Shown: positions 47,149-61,097, counted from the first letter of the stretch. The stretch is DNA of 64,000 nt from Felis catus (GCF_018350175.1 NC_058368.1:226796001-226860000), one strand, 5' to 3'. Notes: a model not told the origin generated them from the letters alone. Made by a program: numbers and translations.

Positions 47149-50100
47149 AAGACTCAGCCTGGTTACTGAGGAATTTCAGTCTCATAATTTGCTCAAAACC
47201 GTTCTTCCTCTCCCTCTCACACTTACAGTTGCTAAGTGTGGAGACTCAGAGCAGAGAAAGAGGATGGGGTCTTCTTTCAAACACCCCCCCCCCCTTCCTT
47301 TTTCTCTGGTCTTCCCTGTAGAGCTGGAAAGAGAGAAGGGAAAGTGATCCTCCTTATTTGTCTGTTCCTTCTGAGACCACAAGCCTCTCCTTGGCTGATT
47401 CTAACTCCTACTCAAACTCATTATCTAATGGCTCAAGGAGAGAAAGTGTTGGCCAGGTCTCTTACGCAGTGGAGGTTGCTGGTTAGATTCAACTGTCTCT
47501 AATTGGTCACTAGCTAGAAGCATCATACTTCAGGCCTCTCGGCACTAAGTCCTTTTTGTCTTTCCACTTTAGGCTGCCCCCATCCTTAGCAAAGCTGTAG
47601 CACACTACCTCCCATCCTCCACAATCCTATCTATCATCTCAAGCTCCACCTCTGTACCCACCAACGATTTTCAGCATCTATCTTTCATGCCTCCGAAGAG
47701 CAAGGCGTGGTAGAACAGCCCCGCCCCCTTCCACTTGGTCTTACCTCCACACCCCTTCTCACTAATGTACATTCTCCTGCAGGAGTGACCCAGGTGATAC
47801 TTCACAAGGAAAATGTCTAAGCAGACAGCCAACCAAAGATTCAAATGTTTCCCTTCTTGCAGATAAATCTTATAGTATTTTGTAAGTGGATCTCTTGGAG
47901 CCTTTCACTCTCGACTGTAGAAAGACAAGGAAACCTTATGAACGCTGCATATAAATAGTAAAAATTATATAAAATTAACCTCCAATAACTCATCCTCTCC
48001 GATAGCCTGGCCTTCTGCTTTTTATTTATTGTATCCTTTACTACATTGTGGAATTCATTTGTCCTTTCATGGCATTAAATACCTTAGCATTTGTTTTTAT
48101 AAATTTTGGGTTCCCTATCTCTCTGCCATCTTCACCACCTTCAAATTGTTTTAAACATTACTTTTTATTCCTATCTTAGATTTCTTAACTTAAAATTTAG
48201 ACATCTGATCCCAGTAAAATTTCTTTTTCTGTATGGTGTGAGAGAGGGATTGAATCATAGTTTCTCCAGTATCACTTTCATTGATTTCATGAAATCCTGA
48301 ATCTTTTACAGGAGTTGAAATTTTCACTCAGATTGATTTAATTTTTATATTTTTATTTCAAACAATGCACAGGATCAGCCTATCAGCTAAGAAGGGCAAA
48401 CAGTGACAGAGAAATTGGCATAACTGGAGGATGAATGGCTTTGAAAAAGGAGAAATAGGAGAGTATATTTCTTGCTCTCAGAACTTGAGTTAATACTTTT
48501 GGTTATGACGATCTTTCTTCTACATGTAATCTTTTAACTGCGTACTTGGGTGAGGAGGACCCTTTACCATATCACATAAGTGATCAAGCTAGCGAAATTT
48601 GCTAAGTGAAAAATGCTGTTATCTCTGATCAGCTCTATACTCACTCAGTTCGTCTGGGTGGGACGTAGTGCAGAGTTGTGCTTCTGCAATAATGTGGGTG
48701 CCATGAAACCTTCCCGATATTAAAAGCAAAGGGGACAGGCATGTGGCACAGTATGGTCATAAGCTTCTCTAAAACCCCTATTCAGCTACCTCCACACGAG
48801 AAAAACCCCAGGCAATAAAATGCATCACATACGTAGAAAACATGTATCTTGGCAGAGAAGAAACTTCGGCGTATATGTCCCCGGTTACAGAAATTATGTT
48901 AAAATTCCAACTACTACATTTTGAAATTCAATCAGTAAATACCAATTGAGTTTACCTCCCTAGGACCAATTTGCAAAGCTAAACAGAGAGGAGAATTCAG
49001 GGGTAAATAATCGTCTTTATTTTGTAGGCTTTTATAGCTCCTTCCACAACGAGCTTTTTCTAGACACGAAGACAAAACACTTATTGATGGAACATTAAAT
49101 GATTATTCAGGAAAATAAATGCTGGGAGAGTGATGTTCTCCTGAGGCAGTGCTTTCAAAGAGCAGCTTCATAGAGGAGCTGAGAAGTCGGCAAGCTCTAA
49201 ATGCAGAAGTTAGGCTGCAGAGGGAAAGCAGGAGGGAATATTTCATGAGGGAGAGACATGAACCAAGCAAGCGGGTGGCCATTCGCAGGTGTCATCTTTT
49301 TATTTGGTTTTGTTTTCCAAAAGTCAAGCAAGGGGTAAAAATGGCCTATCTTCCCGGAAAACGTGCATGAGGCATTTAAACCTAATTTACTTTTTGTTCC
49401 ATAAATATTAACAGATCTCTATGAAGATTCTTTTTTTTCCTCAAATTTGCTCTACAGAGTATTTGTTTTCCAAACAGAGGCTGTCTGATTTGGTTTTCAG
49501 CAGAATAGATTCTCATAGGCTTTATTTTCCGTACCTTCTCTGGCGATATGCAGCATGAACATTATTCAGGGACCACACAAAATATAATCTGAAAGAGACG
49601 GTACTTAGAAATCTGAAATAGTTATGGATGGCTCCAAAGAATAAATCATCTCAGAATAACACTATTTGACAGACAAGTCTATTGAACGTCAGGTATTAGT
49701 GAAAGAGGCTTAAACAGAAAGTGACAGTTGGAATAACAGTTGAGTCAGCAGTTAATAAAGAGACTCCATGTTTATCCACCAGGCATAATAATGCTTTGAA
49801 TGTAGAAGACATTCCTGAGTGTGTCCCACACCTCTGTCCCCAAAGATCCTCTTGGCTTTAAACTGCACGCTTTCTTTGTTCTTCTCATGTACGTGATTTT
49901 CTACCTCGGTGATGCAACCTTTCCCAGTTTCAGAGCTCCTGGAAATCAATCAATGGAACCTTTTTGCTCCGTCCTGGCTTCCTTCTCCCTCTCCTCTAGT
50001 CTCCCTCCCAGTTGCCCCAGCACCTCCCCACCCACCCTTAGTCTCCTTGGATTGTATGCCAATTCTAGTTCTTGGAACCACTTGCCAATTAGCGCACTAC

Positions 50101-51449
50101 AAATTTCCCCACCCTCGACCCTCTTTAGAGAGTCTCTTGGGAGAAAAAAAAAAAAAAAAAACAACTCTGGAAATCATTCCAGGTCCAACAAGATGGTTTG
50201 GTGACCCTTCTTTTGTACTGGTTTATTCTCCTAGGCTGAAATGGTCAGGAGGCATAAATAATTCTTTTCTCCCCACTGTGCCCACGGAACACTTTGGGTG
50301 CCATGTAATTCATGCGAAATTACCTTGGGAGAATCCTCTCTCCTGAGCGGGTTTTGTTCTGTGTGCCAGGGCGCGTCAGTTCCGAGAATGGTTCTGCGCC
50401 TGCAATTCCGATGCCCGTCCTCCCTTTGGATGTACCTGCTTTACCGACTTTTCTGAAACCGGCAGCTTCTTATTGTTTTTCCTTGCAAGTGCAATACCCA
50501 GGCACAAAGGTTAAGGTCGGACCTTATGGTTGTTTCATAGGGCTCATCCTGGAGTGCGCACACATGCAAAGCATCCGCGGGCATTAATGAGATGATTGGA
50601 GGCCAGTGCCTTTATTTCAAGTTTTTAACATTTGGTACGGTTTGGCCCGCTGAGCTTGGGTTTTTAAAATGTCCCCTCAAACCAAATTGAATCCATACTG
50701 TCCTGGCAATTACCACAAACATCTCTTACCCTGGTCAGAAAGTTCCAGAGGGAATAAAATATAGAGTCGAAATTCTCAGTGTCTTCATTAGGAGTGTAGA
50801 ATTGTTCATGTTTTTCTTATTCAGAATGAGTGACTAGGAAGTCCAAAGTACTGCTCTGGTCTACAGAGCAGTGTGTTTCCAGTTTAAGCCATCCACAAAC
50901 ACATTGCATTTTTGTGATTTGTTTCTGGAGGCCTTGCAAAGCTTCATAAGTGAATTCCAAATAATTAAATGATAGATAAGTGAAGTGTGTCTGTGCTCCT
51001 CCTGGACAGGGACCAGTCGATCAGCACAAAGGGACCAGCTGTGGGAATGGGGTTTCAGCTCAGGTTATCATTTCTCTAGCAGCCTACCGTCTCTTCCAAA
51101 TCATCATCATGACGCCTTCGATCGAGAGCTCCTGTTCCTCCAAAATTCAGGCCATTGAGCTAGAAGTGCCTCTATGCTTTGTCAGTCCTGTCATCTATTG
51201 ACCTATTGGCCAATTCTATTTACTCATCGAATACTTTAAGATTTGATCCACTTTCTTCTCTGACAATTCTTGAGCTACTTAGCCAGCACGTTCTGTGGCT
51301 AGAGCTAGGTCGGTGTTGACTATCTGGGAAAAATTGATGACCTCTTTCTACTCCTGAATGGCAATGCCATGTGGAAAGTGCATCTGGAAACCTAACCCTG
51401 TCTCCTTAATTCCAAAGGTTGTTCACTCTGTAGCCTATCATTCACTGTT

Positions 51450-52300
51450 CCTAGGCTCTCATCCTAGATCTGGTCATCACCGAGTGGAATATTGTCTTTC
51501 TCCATAAATACTTGAAGTTTCTCTCATCTTCAAAATAAAACCCTTCTCCTGATTCCCCAGTTATCATCTAGACTTTGATTTGGGTCGAAATCCCTCTAAG
51601 TTCCGTTCTGCCCTGGTTACTTTCCTTTCATCATTCCCAGTTATTCCTAAACCTCATGTCATATGACATTCATCTCCATGACGCTATTGAAAGTTATCTC
51701 ACTGGGGTCACCCAATGGCTTGATGCACTTGCTTCCAGTGGATTTGGTTTTGTGGATGGTTCTATAGTACTTTGTACTGCACAACACCGTTCCTTTCTCT
51801 TATATATGTGACAGCATATTTGTTTGTTTCTGCCCATATCTCTCTTAGTCATTTTTCTTTGTCACCATCATGGACTCCTTTTAAATGTTGTTGTCATCAG
51901 GGTTCCATCTTAGATTTTCCCCATTTTGTCTTCCACCATGCTTTCTCTGGATGGTCTATTCTAACTCCCACTTTCAGCTCATTTGTGTTTATATGCCAAT
52001 CACTCCCAGATCTCCATATTTAGCCATTCTTCAAACTTCAGACTCATAATAAATACTACCATCTTCTAGATGCCTCCACCCCTCTGTCACACCAAGACCT
52101 AAATCTCAACATGTGAAAAACATAATTCATCTCCCCTCAAAACAGCCTCATGCTCCTGTGGACTCTAGTGGGCCAGTGACGGAAGCTAAGAGAATAGCCT
52201 TATCTTTATGTCTTCCTCTTCTTCATTCCTCACTTCTAGGAAATATAAAGTCCTTAGTATGGTCCCTGGCTCATAGTAGATGCTCAGTAAAATTGGACAG
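51450..52300 (+). mobile_element. Fragmented LINE-2
   Basis: L2-like pyrimidine-rich segments and terminal cctggctcatagtagatgctcagtaaa. Confidence 0.6.
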
Positions 52301-53677
52301 CTGACGTTAAAAATAAGTTTCTAATTTAGAATTTTTAAAGAAAGCAAGGCTAATTTGGAATGCATAAATCTCAACATGTGGCAGACTTAGTAAACAGCTA
52401 GCTTAATCATAAATTTACCTCAAACAAGTAGCAAATAATGTATGTGCTGCTAATATTAACTTAAATCCTTCCTTTCTGAGGAAGTAATGAAACACTGCAA
52501 TTCTAAGGAGGTTTGCTTTCTTCTAAGGTATCCTTTCTGCAAAATGCCTCCTCCACTTTCTCTTCTGGGATTCACTTCAGACTCTGTGTCTTGCTGTATT
52601 AGCTCTCTGCCTCCCTCTGTTCTATAAGGTCGATGCCAATGTGTGGTGGGGAAGAAGAGGGATTTTACATTCTATTTGGTTTTCAACCTGGAAAAAGAGA
52701 AACTTTTAGGCTGAGTGTGTCTGTTTCCGACCTGAAACTTGGCTTCAGAATGCAGAAGTCATGGACTCCTTGCGTTTCTCGTGCCATCCGACCAACATCC
52801 CCCCTGGAGATAGGTGTTTGGGGAGAAGAAAGGGTTGCTATGAATGGCTACATGCTCCCCACTAATCATGTCTTTAGACTTTCTAATCTTCCGAAGTCCT
52901 TTCTTAAACCTGATACCAATCACAGGGCTAAATTATGAGGCCTTTAGAGCCCAAACTGACGGACTATACTTTAATACGTTTGCCCATTATGCACCGTACG
53001 TTTAAAGAATTTAAGCAACACATCTGGAAGTCCCAACCTTAATTCTCTGACTAATAATACTTTATAGATATTTACCCATCTTGAGGAAAACTCTTCTTTC
53101 TAGTATGTTCATAAAAACTGACAAGGACTCAATGGCTCCCCCTGCATCTGGCAATGACACAGTATCCAAACATTTGGCTTCTTTGCCCGAGCAATCATTT
53201 CCTGGTTAGTGATGTTGGTGGGTAATTGTTAACTTGCTCTACTGGCAATGAGAACTGTTCTCTACCTACACCTGTTTTTGGTTTGGGCTTCACAAGTCGG
53301 TCAAGGACACATAAAACCACTTGGCCACAATGTGTATGACTCTGTGCGGGGTCCTAACGGGATCACGTTTGGGGTAGCTGCTGGTAAGCACTGGTGTGTG
53401 TGCTATCTGGCATCCACGCCCATTGGCCACTGTCCTAACCTGCTGTTAACATTTTGAGTGTCACCAATGCCCATCTCTGCCCTTGATCTGAACTTTGGTT
53501 AACTAGCAAACTGCCACATCATTTCTATATACCGGCGCCTCTGACCCGACATTTAATAGATGAAATCTACTTCCCATGGCTGATTTATTCATCAAAAGTT
53601 GATCGTCAGATTCTATATCTTCAGCACACTAATGTCCTTATCTGGCTGCCTGACATTTAGGAAATTTTGGCCTTACT

Positions 53678-53872
53678 GGGGCACTGGATGGCTCAGTCGG
53701 CCAAGCCTCCAACCCTTGATTTCACCTCGGGTCACAATCTCACAGTTGATGGGTTCAGGCCTCATGCCAGGCTCTGCAGTGGCAGCACAGAGCCTGCTTG
53801 GAATATTCTCTCCCTCCACCCCTCCCCTGCTAGTTATCTCTCCCTTAAAATAAATAAATAGACATTAAAAAA
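53678..53872 (+). mobile_element. Diverged SINEC
   Basis: SINE body; flanks aaattttgg(ggg)ccttac. Confidence 0.88.
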
Positions 53873-54024
53873 TTTTGGGGGGCCTTACAGACCTCTTCTG
53901 CTAGATATATATTATTCCTTTACAGTCCCAAGCATCAGGATGCCAAATGTGCTCTTTACCTGCAGGTAAATTATCAGACACCAACATGTTCATTTTAAGC
54001 AATGGATCTTGCATTCAATTTTCT

Positions 54025-54377
54025 GTTGTTTTAGTCAGCTCAGGCTACCGTAACAAAATAACATAAACTGGGGAGCTTAAATCGATTTCTTTCTCACAGT
54101 GCTAGAGCCTGGAAGTGCAAGATCAAGGTGCCGTCCATGTTAGTATCTGATGAGAGCTCTCTCCTTGAGTGAAACATGACTACCTTCTTGCCATGGCCTC
54201 ACATGGCAGAGAGAGACCACAATTTCCGGCGTCTCGTATCTGAATAACACTAATTCTTTCAGAGTAGGGTCCCACCTCCATGACCTCACTGAACCTTATT
54301 TCCCTACTCCAAATATAGTCACATCAGTGCTTAGGGTTTCAACAGGATAATTTAGGGCAAAGCAGTTCAGTCCGTAG
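54025..54377 (-). mobile_element. MaLR LTR (MLT1A-like)
   Basis: ttagtcagctcaggctaccgtaacaaaata...ggaagtgcaagatcaaggtgcc...ttagggtttcaaca. Confidence 0.85.
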
Positions 54378-54592
54378 AAACTGCTTTGCACAGTTAGGTC
54401 CATAGAAATTACCTTGCAGAGTGAATTGCAAACAAATACAAGTATCTCCGAAGAGTAGTGTGGCTCAGGGAACAGGTGATGTGAAGTGTTAATGGAGCCA
54501 TCAGCCAGGTAGGTGGCTTTCGGCACCGATAGGCAGAAGCTCTGGAACAAAGTAGTGAAAGCCGAGAAGGCATATCCTGTCTAGAGCTGAAG

Positions 54593-54632
54593 GTAAACAG
54601 GGCCGTCAGGGTAAACAAACAGGAAGTGACGT
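54593..54632. promoter_or_regulatory. Candidate enhancer motif cluster: two forkhead sites, FOX:ETS, CRE half-site
   Basis: GTAAACA at 54593 and 54611, AAACAGGAAGT 54617-54627, TGACGT 54627-54632. Confidence 0.4.
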
Positions 54633-55549
54633 TTTTAAAAATAAAGATGAGCAAAACGGTCAGGACTTTTTTACAGCCAGCAGACCATAAAACCCAGCTT
54701 GGTAAATTTCCTGCCAGATTCAGGTGAAGAAACTGAGGTCCAAAGAGGCTGTGAGACTGGGAGTCTTTGGCAAACCAAGGTGAGTTGGACACCATTTTTT
54801 CCAGTGCGGCGCGATTCTACATGAATGGGAACAAGAAGCCATTCCTCAAAGAATGCACTTGAACTGTGACGTGGTGATGCCATGATGACAAAGACAGAAC
54901 TGCATTTTCATAGAACGTTCTTCTCCAGAGACTGGCAAATTCCAACCTCCCAACAAGTTTCCCCCACACATGGGGCTCATTAGAGGCCCTGCGTCTCCCT
55001 TGGCCCGGGAGACAAGTTGCATTTCAATACTAACCCGAGCTGTTTTCCATAATGTATGCAGGGTGGGCTTCAGCCACGTGTTGGAATGACATCAGCCATC
55101 TGGAGACCGGAGCTGCTGAGGTTCAGGATCACTGCAGGCCAGAAAAACGAAAGAGTGGGGTTGTTATCTGTCAGGGGAAAACTGACGAACTCATCCACTC
55201 CAGCTAAAGAGGACTCACAAATGTGCCTTGAACTAAGTAGAGTCTTAAAGAATCTCTGATCTTAGCCAGAAGACTTCGCTTACATTAGTTTCAATAGACA
55301 TGAAGAGGAAACGCTGGAAAATACGTCCCTTATTTGCATCGTCGAATGAGTTCCACAGCGAAGCTGTATGAAAGCCCTGATATTTTGTGGGTCTGCCTCT
55401 GAGGCCCCCAAAATGTGCACCACGCGGGAAGTGTTACCACAGTCACACGCCTTCCTCCAGGCTGTTCCCAGACACAAAACCTTCCTCACAGAATCCAGGG
55501 CTCCCAGCTAATAAGTAGGGTATGTGCTTTTGTTTAAAAGAATGAATTA

Positions 55550-55773
55550 GGGGCGCCTGGGTGGCGCAGTCGGTTAAGCGTCCGACTTCAGCCAGGTCAC
55601 GATCTCGCGGTCCGTGAGTTCGAGCCCCGCCTCAGGCTCTGGGCTGATGGCTCAGAGCCTGGAGCCTGTTTCCGATTCTGTGTCTCCCTCTCTCTCTGCC
55701 CCTCCCCCGTTCATGCTCTGTCTCTCTCTGTCCCAAAAATAAATAAAAACGTGGAAAAAAATTAAAAAAAAAA
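55550..55773 (+). mobile_element. Very young SINEC_Fc
   Basis: TSD aaaagaatgaatta at 55536-55549 and 55774-55787; CpGs retained. Confidence 0.97.
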
Positions 55774-56441
55774 AAAAGAATGAATTAACACTGTGCCATG
55801 TCAACATTTTTTAAAGGATGATGTTCTAAGTTTTCATGAAATAGAAATGGTTCCCACAATTTCTTTGGATCGGTAACATTCATTGGCTCTTTCTTGATTG
55901 CAATGGCACCTCTGATACCTGCCCACATGCAGGTAGAAACCAAGAGTCTGAAACTCTTGTTGATGGGGAAGAAGATAAATTGACCTGGCTGCCGCTGTTC
56001 TATCTATGAGAATATCTATGTAAAAAAAAAAAAATCATGGTTGATGAAATCAATAGACTTATTCTTCCCGCTTGAAATGTTACATGCCATTAAGGCAGAG
56101 AGAACGTCACAGGATTTCTAAGGTGGAAGAGAGAGGGTGTGGAATTTTTAATGTTTTCAGTCTGGAGAGAGCAGTAAGGTTAAGGTTAGAAAAATTGGTT
56201 CAAAATTGTGTCTAAGACTTACTTCCTGTACGACTTACACAAAATACTTCAGCTCTCGGATGTAAAGTCTCCTAACTCAATTCAATGGGGCGAGTGCATT
56301 AGATCATCTCATTGGTTCTTTCTACCACTGCATTTCTATGACACTAACTAAAATACCTAACACCGGGAAACCACTCTTCCTTCTTTGGTACAATACCAGC
56401 ATGGAGACACAAGCAGACCCGAAGAGATGATCCATATACTC

Positions 56442-56805
56442 TGTTATGGGCTGGATGTTTGTATCTTTCCCAAATTCATATGCTGAAACCTTAGCCTTCA
56501 AAGTGACTAGAACTTGTGACAACGTGATGAAGGTCAAATGAGGTCATAAGATTGGGACCCCGATTTAATAGGACTAGTACCTTTAAGAAGGCACTAGAGC
56601 TTCCTCTTTCTTTCTCTCTCTGCCATGTGAGGCCATAGCAAGAAGGCAGTCATCTACAGCCCAAGGAGAGAGTTCTCATCAGAAGCCAACCAGGCTGGCA
56701 CCTTTATCTTGCACATCCAGGCTCCAGAACTGTGAGAAATAAATTTCTGTTGGTTAAGCTACTCAGTATATGGTATTTCGTTAAGACAGCCCAAGTAGAC
56801 TAATA
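56442..56805 (+). mobile_element. MaLR LTR (MLT1A/B-like)
   Basis: tgttatgggctggatgtttg...ccagaactgtgagaaataaatttctgttggttaagc. Confidence 0.88.
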
Positions 56806-56999
56806 AATAGTTATATTTTAAAAAATTATTAAAGCCTCAGTCCCTACTCTCAAACCTGGATTCCACAGAATAGAGTCAGGCTCTGTCTGGACACATGCCA
56901 GTTCAATACTACTAACACTGTGGATTGAGCCTTTCAGGTAAATACTTAAAAGTAAGGCTTCTCTATGTTTCTTAGAAGCTGTGAACCCTTTATAAAATG

Positions 57000-58146
57000 T
57001 GAGCTAACGTGGTCAACAGATTTTTGACAAGGATGCCGAGACCATCCAGTGAGGGAAAGGACAGTCTTCCCAAACACATGAGTCTGGGAAAACTGGATAT
57101 CCCCATGAAACAGAATGATATTAAACCATTTCTTACTCCATGTACACAAATTAACTCAAAATGGATCAACAGTCCAAACTTAAGAATTAAAACTATAAAG
57201 CGCTTAGAAGAAGACATAGAGAAAATCTCTCAACATCAGATTTAACAATGATGTTTATGACATCAAAAACAAGTAACAAAAGAAAAATACATAAATTGGA
57301 TTGTCATCAAAAGTAACACCTTCCTGCATCAAAGGACACTCTCAAGGGAGGGCACAAAACGGGAGAAAATATTTGCATGTCATATATGTGATAAAGCACT
57401 AAAATCCAGAACATATGAAGAACTCTACAACATAACCATAACCAAAACCAAACCAAAACAAAAACAGTTCCAAAATGGCCAAAGGATTTGGGTAGACGTT
57501 TTTCTAAAGCAGATATACAGGGGCACCTGGGTGGCTCAGTCTGTTGAGCGTCCGACTTCAGCTCAGGTCATGATCTCGCGGTCCATGAGTTCAAGCCCCG
57601 CATCGGGCTCTGTGCTGACGGCTCAGAGCCTGGAGCCTGTTTCGGATTCTGTGTCTCCCTCTCTCTCTGACCCTCCCCCGTTCATCCTCTGTCTCTCTCT
57701 GTCTCAAAAATAAATGTTAAAAAAAATATAAAAAAATAAAGCAGATATACAAATGCACAATAAGCACTTGAAAATATGTTAACATCATTAGCGACTAGAA
57801 AAATGCAAATTGAAACCACACTGACAGACCACTTTACACCCATTAGGATGGCTATAAGAGAAAATGCAGATATGGAAAATAACAACTATTGGTGAAGATG
57901 TAGAGAAATGGTATGCTTGTGCACTGTGGGTAGGAATATAAAATGGCGTAGCCACTGTGGAAAACAATTCGGCAGTTCTTTAAATAGTTAAGCATGGATT
58001 TACTATAGGATCCAGAAATTCCACTTTTAGGTATATACACGAAAGAACTAGAAGCAGATGTTCAGTGTGCATAGTAGTAATATTAATGGTAATCAAGAGG
58101 TAGAAGTGACCCAAGTAAATATCAACAAGGGAATGTGTAAACAAAA

Positions 58147-58185
<39 letters not shown>

Positions 58186-58585
58186 TATACATGCAATGGA
58201 ATATTATTCAGTCATAAAAAATGAAATGTGGATGCATGCTATAACATGCACGAATCTTGAAAAGGTTAGGCTAAGTGAAATAAGTGAAATAAGCCAGACA
58301 AAAAAACAAATATTTTATGATTCCACTTACAAGAGCTACCAAGAACAGGCAAATTCATAGATACGGAAATAAGAATAGGGGTTACCAACAACGAGGTGGG
58401 GTGAAAATGAGATATAGAACAGGTACAGAGTTTCTGTTTGGGACGGTGAAAAGTTCTGGAGCTAGTGGTTATGATTGTATGACACTGTGAATGTACTTAA
58501 TGTCATCGAACTATGTATCTAAGAAGAGTTAAAATGGTAAATGGTACATTATCTATCCTTTATGACAATCAAATGTTTTTTAAAA
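57000..58585 (+). mobile_element. Old L1 (L1MB-like) ORF2 3' part and 3' UTR, containing a SINEC (57520-57736) and (GT)17 (58149-58182)
   Basis: ORF 57009-57245 contains FLTPCTQINSKWINSPNLRIKTIKRLEEDI (L1 ORF2). SINE TSD taaagcagatataca at 57505-57519 and 57737-57751. Confidence 0.9.
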
Positions 58586-60337
58586 AGTACGTCGTGAATC
58601 AAGTCCCCTCCATCTCTCTCCTACCAGTCTAGCCCAAGTCACCACACATCTCCCTAGGGCCCCGGTAGCAGCCTCCGAACTGGCGTTCTTCCTCCTACCC
58701 TTGCCTTCATACCCATCATGTATCTTCAAGCAGCCACAGTGGTCTTTTAAACGTGAAAATCGAATTTTGTCAGTCATAGTTGAATCTCGCAATGGCTTCC
58801 CATCATTTACAGTAATGTTCAAGTGCTTTCTCGTGTCTTCCCAGGCCCACGTCATTGACCTGCTTCCCCATCTTTCATCTCATCTCTGTCTCTATCCGCC
58901 TTCTCTCAACCGCACAAGGCCTGTCCAGCAGGCTCCCTGCTTAGAATCTCTGTTGTTTGGCCACTATTTCATCCAGAGCACGACTGCCTGGATCTTCATC
59001 ATCCAGGTCTCAGTTCCAACTGAGCATTCGTTGAGTTTCTACTATGTTGAGGAGTCTGAAGCAACAAATACAAGAATTCTATAAGATTCTTTAACCTTTG
59101 CACCTCCAGTTGCCATACTTGCATGAAGGGGAAAAGAGAGACTTCATTTGCATTCCACCTGGGACTTTGAGTATGGGCTCAAGACTGCCATCTAGACTGT
59201 CATTAGTGGAACCTGAATCAGAGGGAATCCAGTTGAGCCCCATACCCTTTGCCCCAAGACTTCCTTGAACATCACTACAAATATAAGTATCTTGGTTAGT
59301 CTGTGCTACACTCTGCTCCCTTTGTCTGTCTCTTCACCCAAGCTGCCATATCCCTAACATGCTCTGTTATATCCCCTGTGGTTCCTATGCCTCAGCCTGC
59401 TCTCAAGAGGAATTTACATCCATCTACTTCCCTTGGGCTGTCTTGAGCACCTGTGCCTACTATTTCCCTTGAATCTCGGGATACTGGTGGGTGGTTTCTC
59501 CGTCCTCATAGCTGCTTTTACACTGTTTTACCGTCATTTAAAAGCATTGTTGGCTCAGAACGCCCAGATCCAATGTCCTCTACTAATCGACATTATGAGC
59601 GTACACATATCATGCCCTCTTATCTTTGCCCACTTTTAGTGGAGGTCCTTGGCCCTTGGTACACCATCTTCCTTTCAATGTTCAAAGCCACCAGTATGCC
59701 AGGTGACTGCAACGGCTAAGTGGATCAACCTTGCAACTACGTTATCATTTAGCAAATTATTTCCAGGGCCAAGTCCTGGACTGGATGATTATGCAAAACT
59801 CCTTTATCTCTGAAGTCATACATTTCTTAGCCCATCGACTGCAGATACCTTATAAAACTCCAATCTCAGGTTAATCCAAATATCAGACTCTTTATTCCCA
59901 CAACTAAGCTGCTGAACACTGCTTTGGAAGAACCATTTGTCTAGGTGAAAAGACAAGTCATGCTTGATCTTTAGCTTTACCTCAAAATCCCTTTAGATGT
60001 CCTTAGTCACCAACCTCTCCTTTGCTTTTCAATACCTTTTCTGTTTCCTTCTTTTTCTTCATCCCTTCTCCCCCATCCTGACTCTCAGCAGGTGCTTCAC
60101 TTCTTGCTCCATTGTCACACTAGAGCCTTCTTTGCCAGTAACTCCCTCAACCCCTTCCCCATGTAGCTTAGAAATTTTTATGTATCCACCTATGTCCATA
60201 CTCCTGCTCTCCTTGTTTAGGCTGAGGCATAGCCATCCCTCAATCTGCCTGCAGGATCACATCCCTATCTGCTTCCGCAGGGATTTTATTCCATTAGCTC
60301 TCCCTGATCGCTACAAGATCTCCAAATTCTATCTTCT

Positions 60338-60550
60338 TCTTCTTTTTTTTTTTTTGTTGTTGTTTATTTATTTATTTTTGAAAGAGAGAAAGAGAGTGGA
60401 GCAGAGAGAGAGGGAGACAGAGAATCCCAAGCAGATTCCGCACTGTCCGTGCAGAGCCCGATGTGGGTCTGGAATTCACCAACCGCAAGATCATGAGCTG
60501 AGCTGGAACCAAAAGTCGGATGCTTAACTGACTAAGTCACCCAGGCACCC
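60338..60550 (-). mobile_element. SINEC within LINE-2-like sequence
   Basis: TSD caaa(t/c)tctatcttct at 60323-60337 and 60553-60567. Confidence 0.93.
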
Positions 60551-60940
60551 ATCAAACTCTATCTTCTGATGGCTTTTCCATCTCAACGTATAAAAAAACC
60601 TCCATCTATGTCCCGTCTCTAATCTTCCTTCACAGACAAGTTTGGTGACAGGGTAGCCACCGCTCGAAGTCCCCATTTCTCGTTTGTCATTTTCCTCCTC
60701 AGTTCAACTGATCGGCAAATGCAGAGGCATGCCTGCTACCCAAGAGGGAGCGTGAGTAGTAAAGAAAAATACTAGGCACAAGAGTTCTTGGCTGTGGTCC
60801 TGACTTGACCACTGTGTGTCTCTGGTAAGTCACTTCCCTCTCTGAGCCTCACAGTATGTGAACATATTGTGTAAACTATAAAATTAGCATTGAAGCACTT
60901 CAATGTGTGGAAATGTTTACTAATTATATGGGGCTATTTC

Positions 60941-61097
60941 TTTTTTTTTTTTTATGAAATTTATTGTCAAATTGGTTTCCATGCAACACCCAGTGCTCAT
61001 CCCAACAGGTGCCCTCCTCCATGCCCATCATCCACTTTCCCTTCCACCCCACCCCCCACCAACCCTGTTGGTTCTCAGTGTTGAAGAGTCTCTTTAA
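60941..61097 (-). mobile_element. Severely 5'-truncated L1_Fc-like insertion
   Basis: T-tail, tttattgtcaaattggtttccatgcaacacccagtgctcatcccaa; TSD ggggctatttc at 60930-60940 and 61098-61108. Confidence 0.92.

Noticed and set aside
54136-54178. Hammerhead-like core words (catgtt...ctgatga...gaaacatg)
   Set aside because: Stem I would have only 5 nt, stem II does not pair in register, and the site lies in an MLT1 LTR.
59997-60527. 176-aa ORF
   Set aside because: Made of pyrimidine-rich L2-like DNA plus an antisense SINE; low-complexity peptide.
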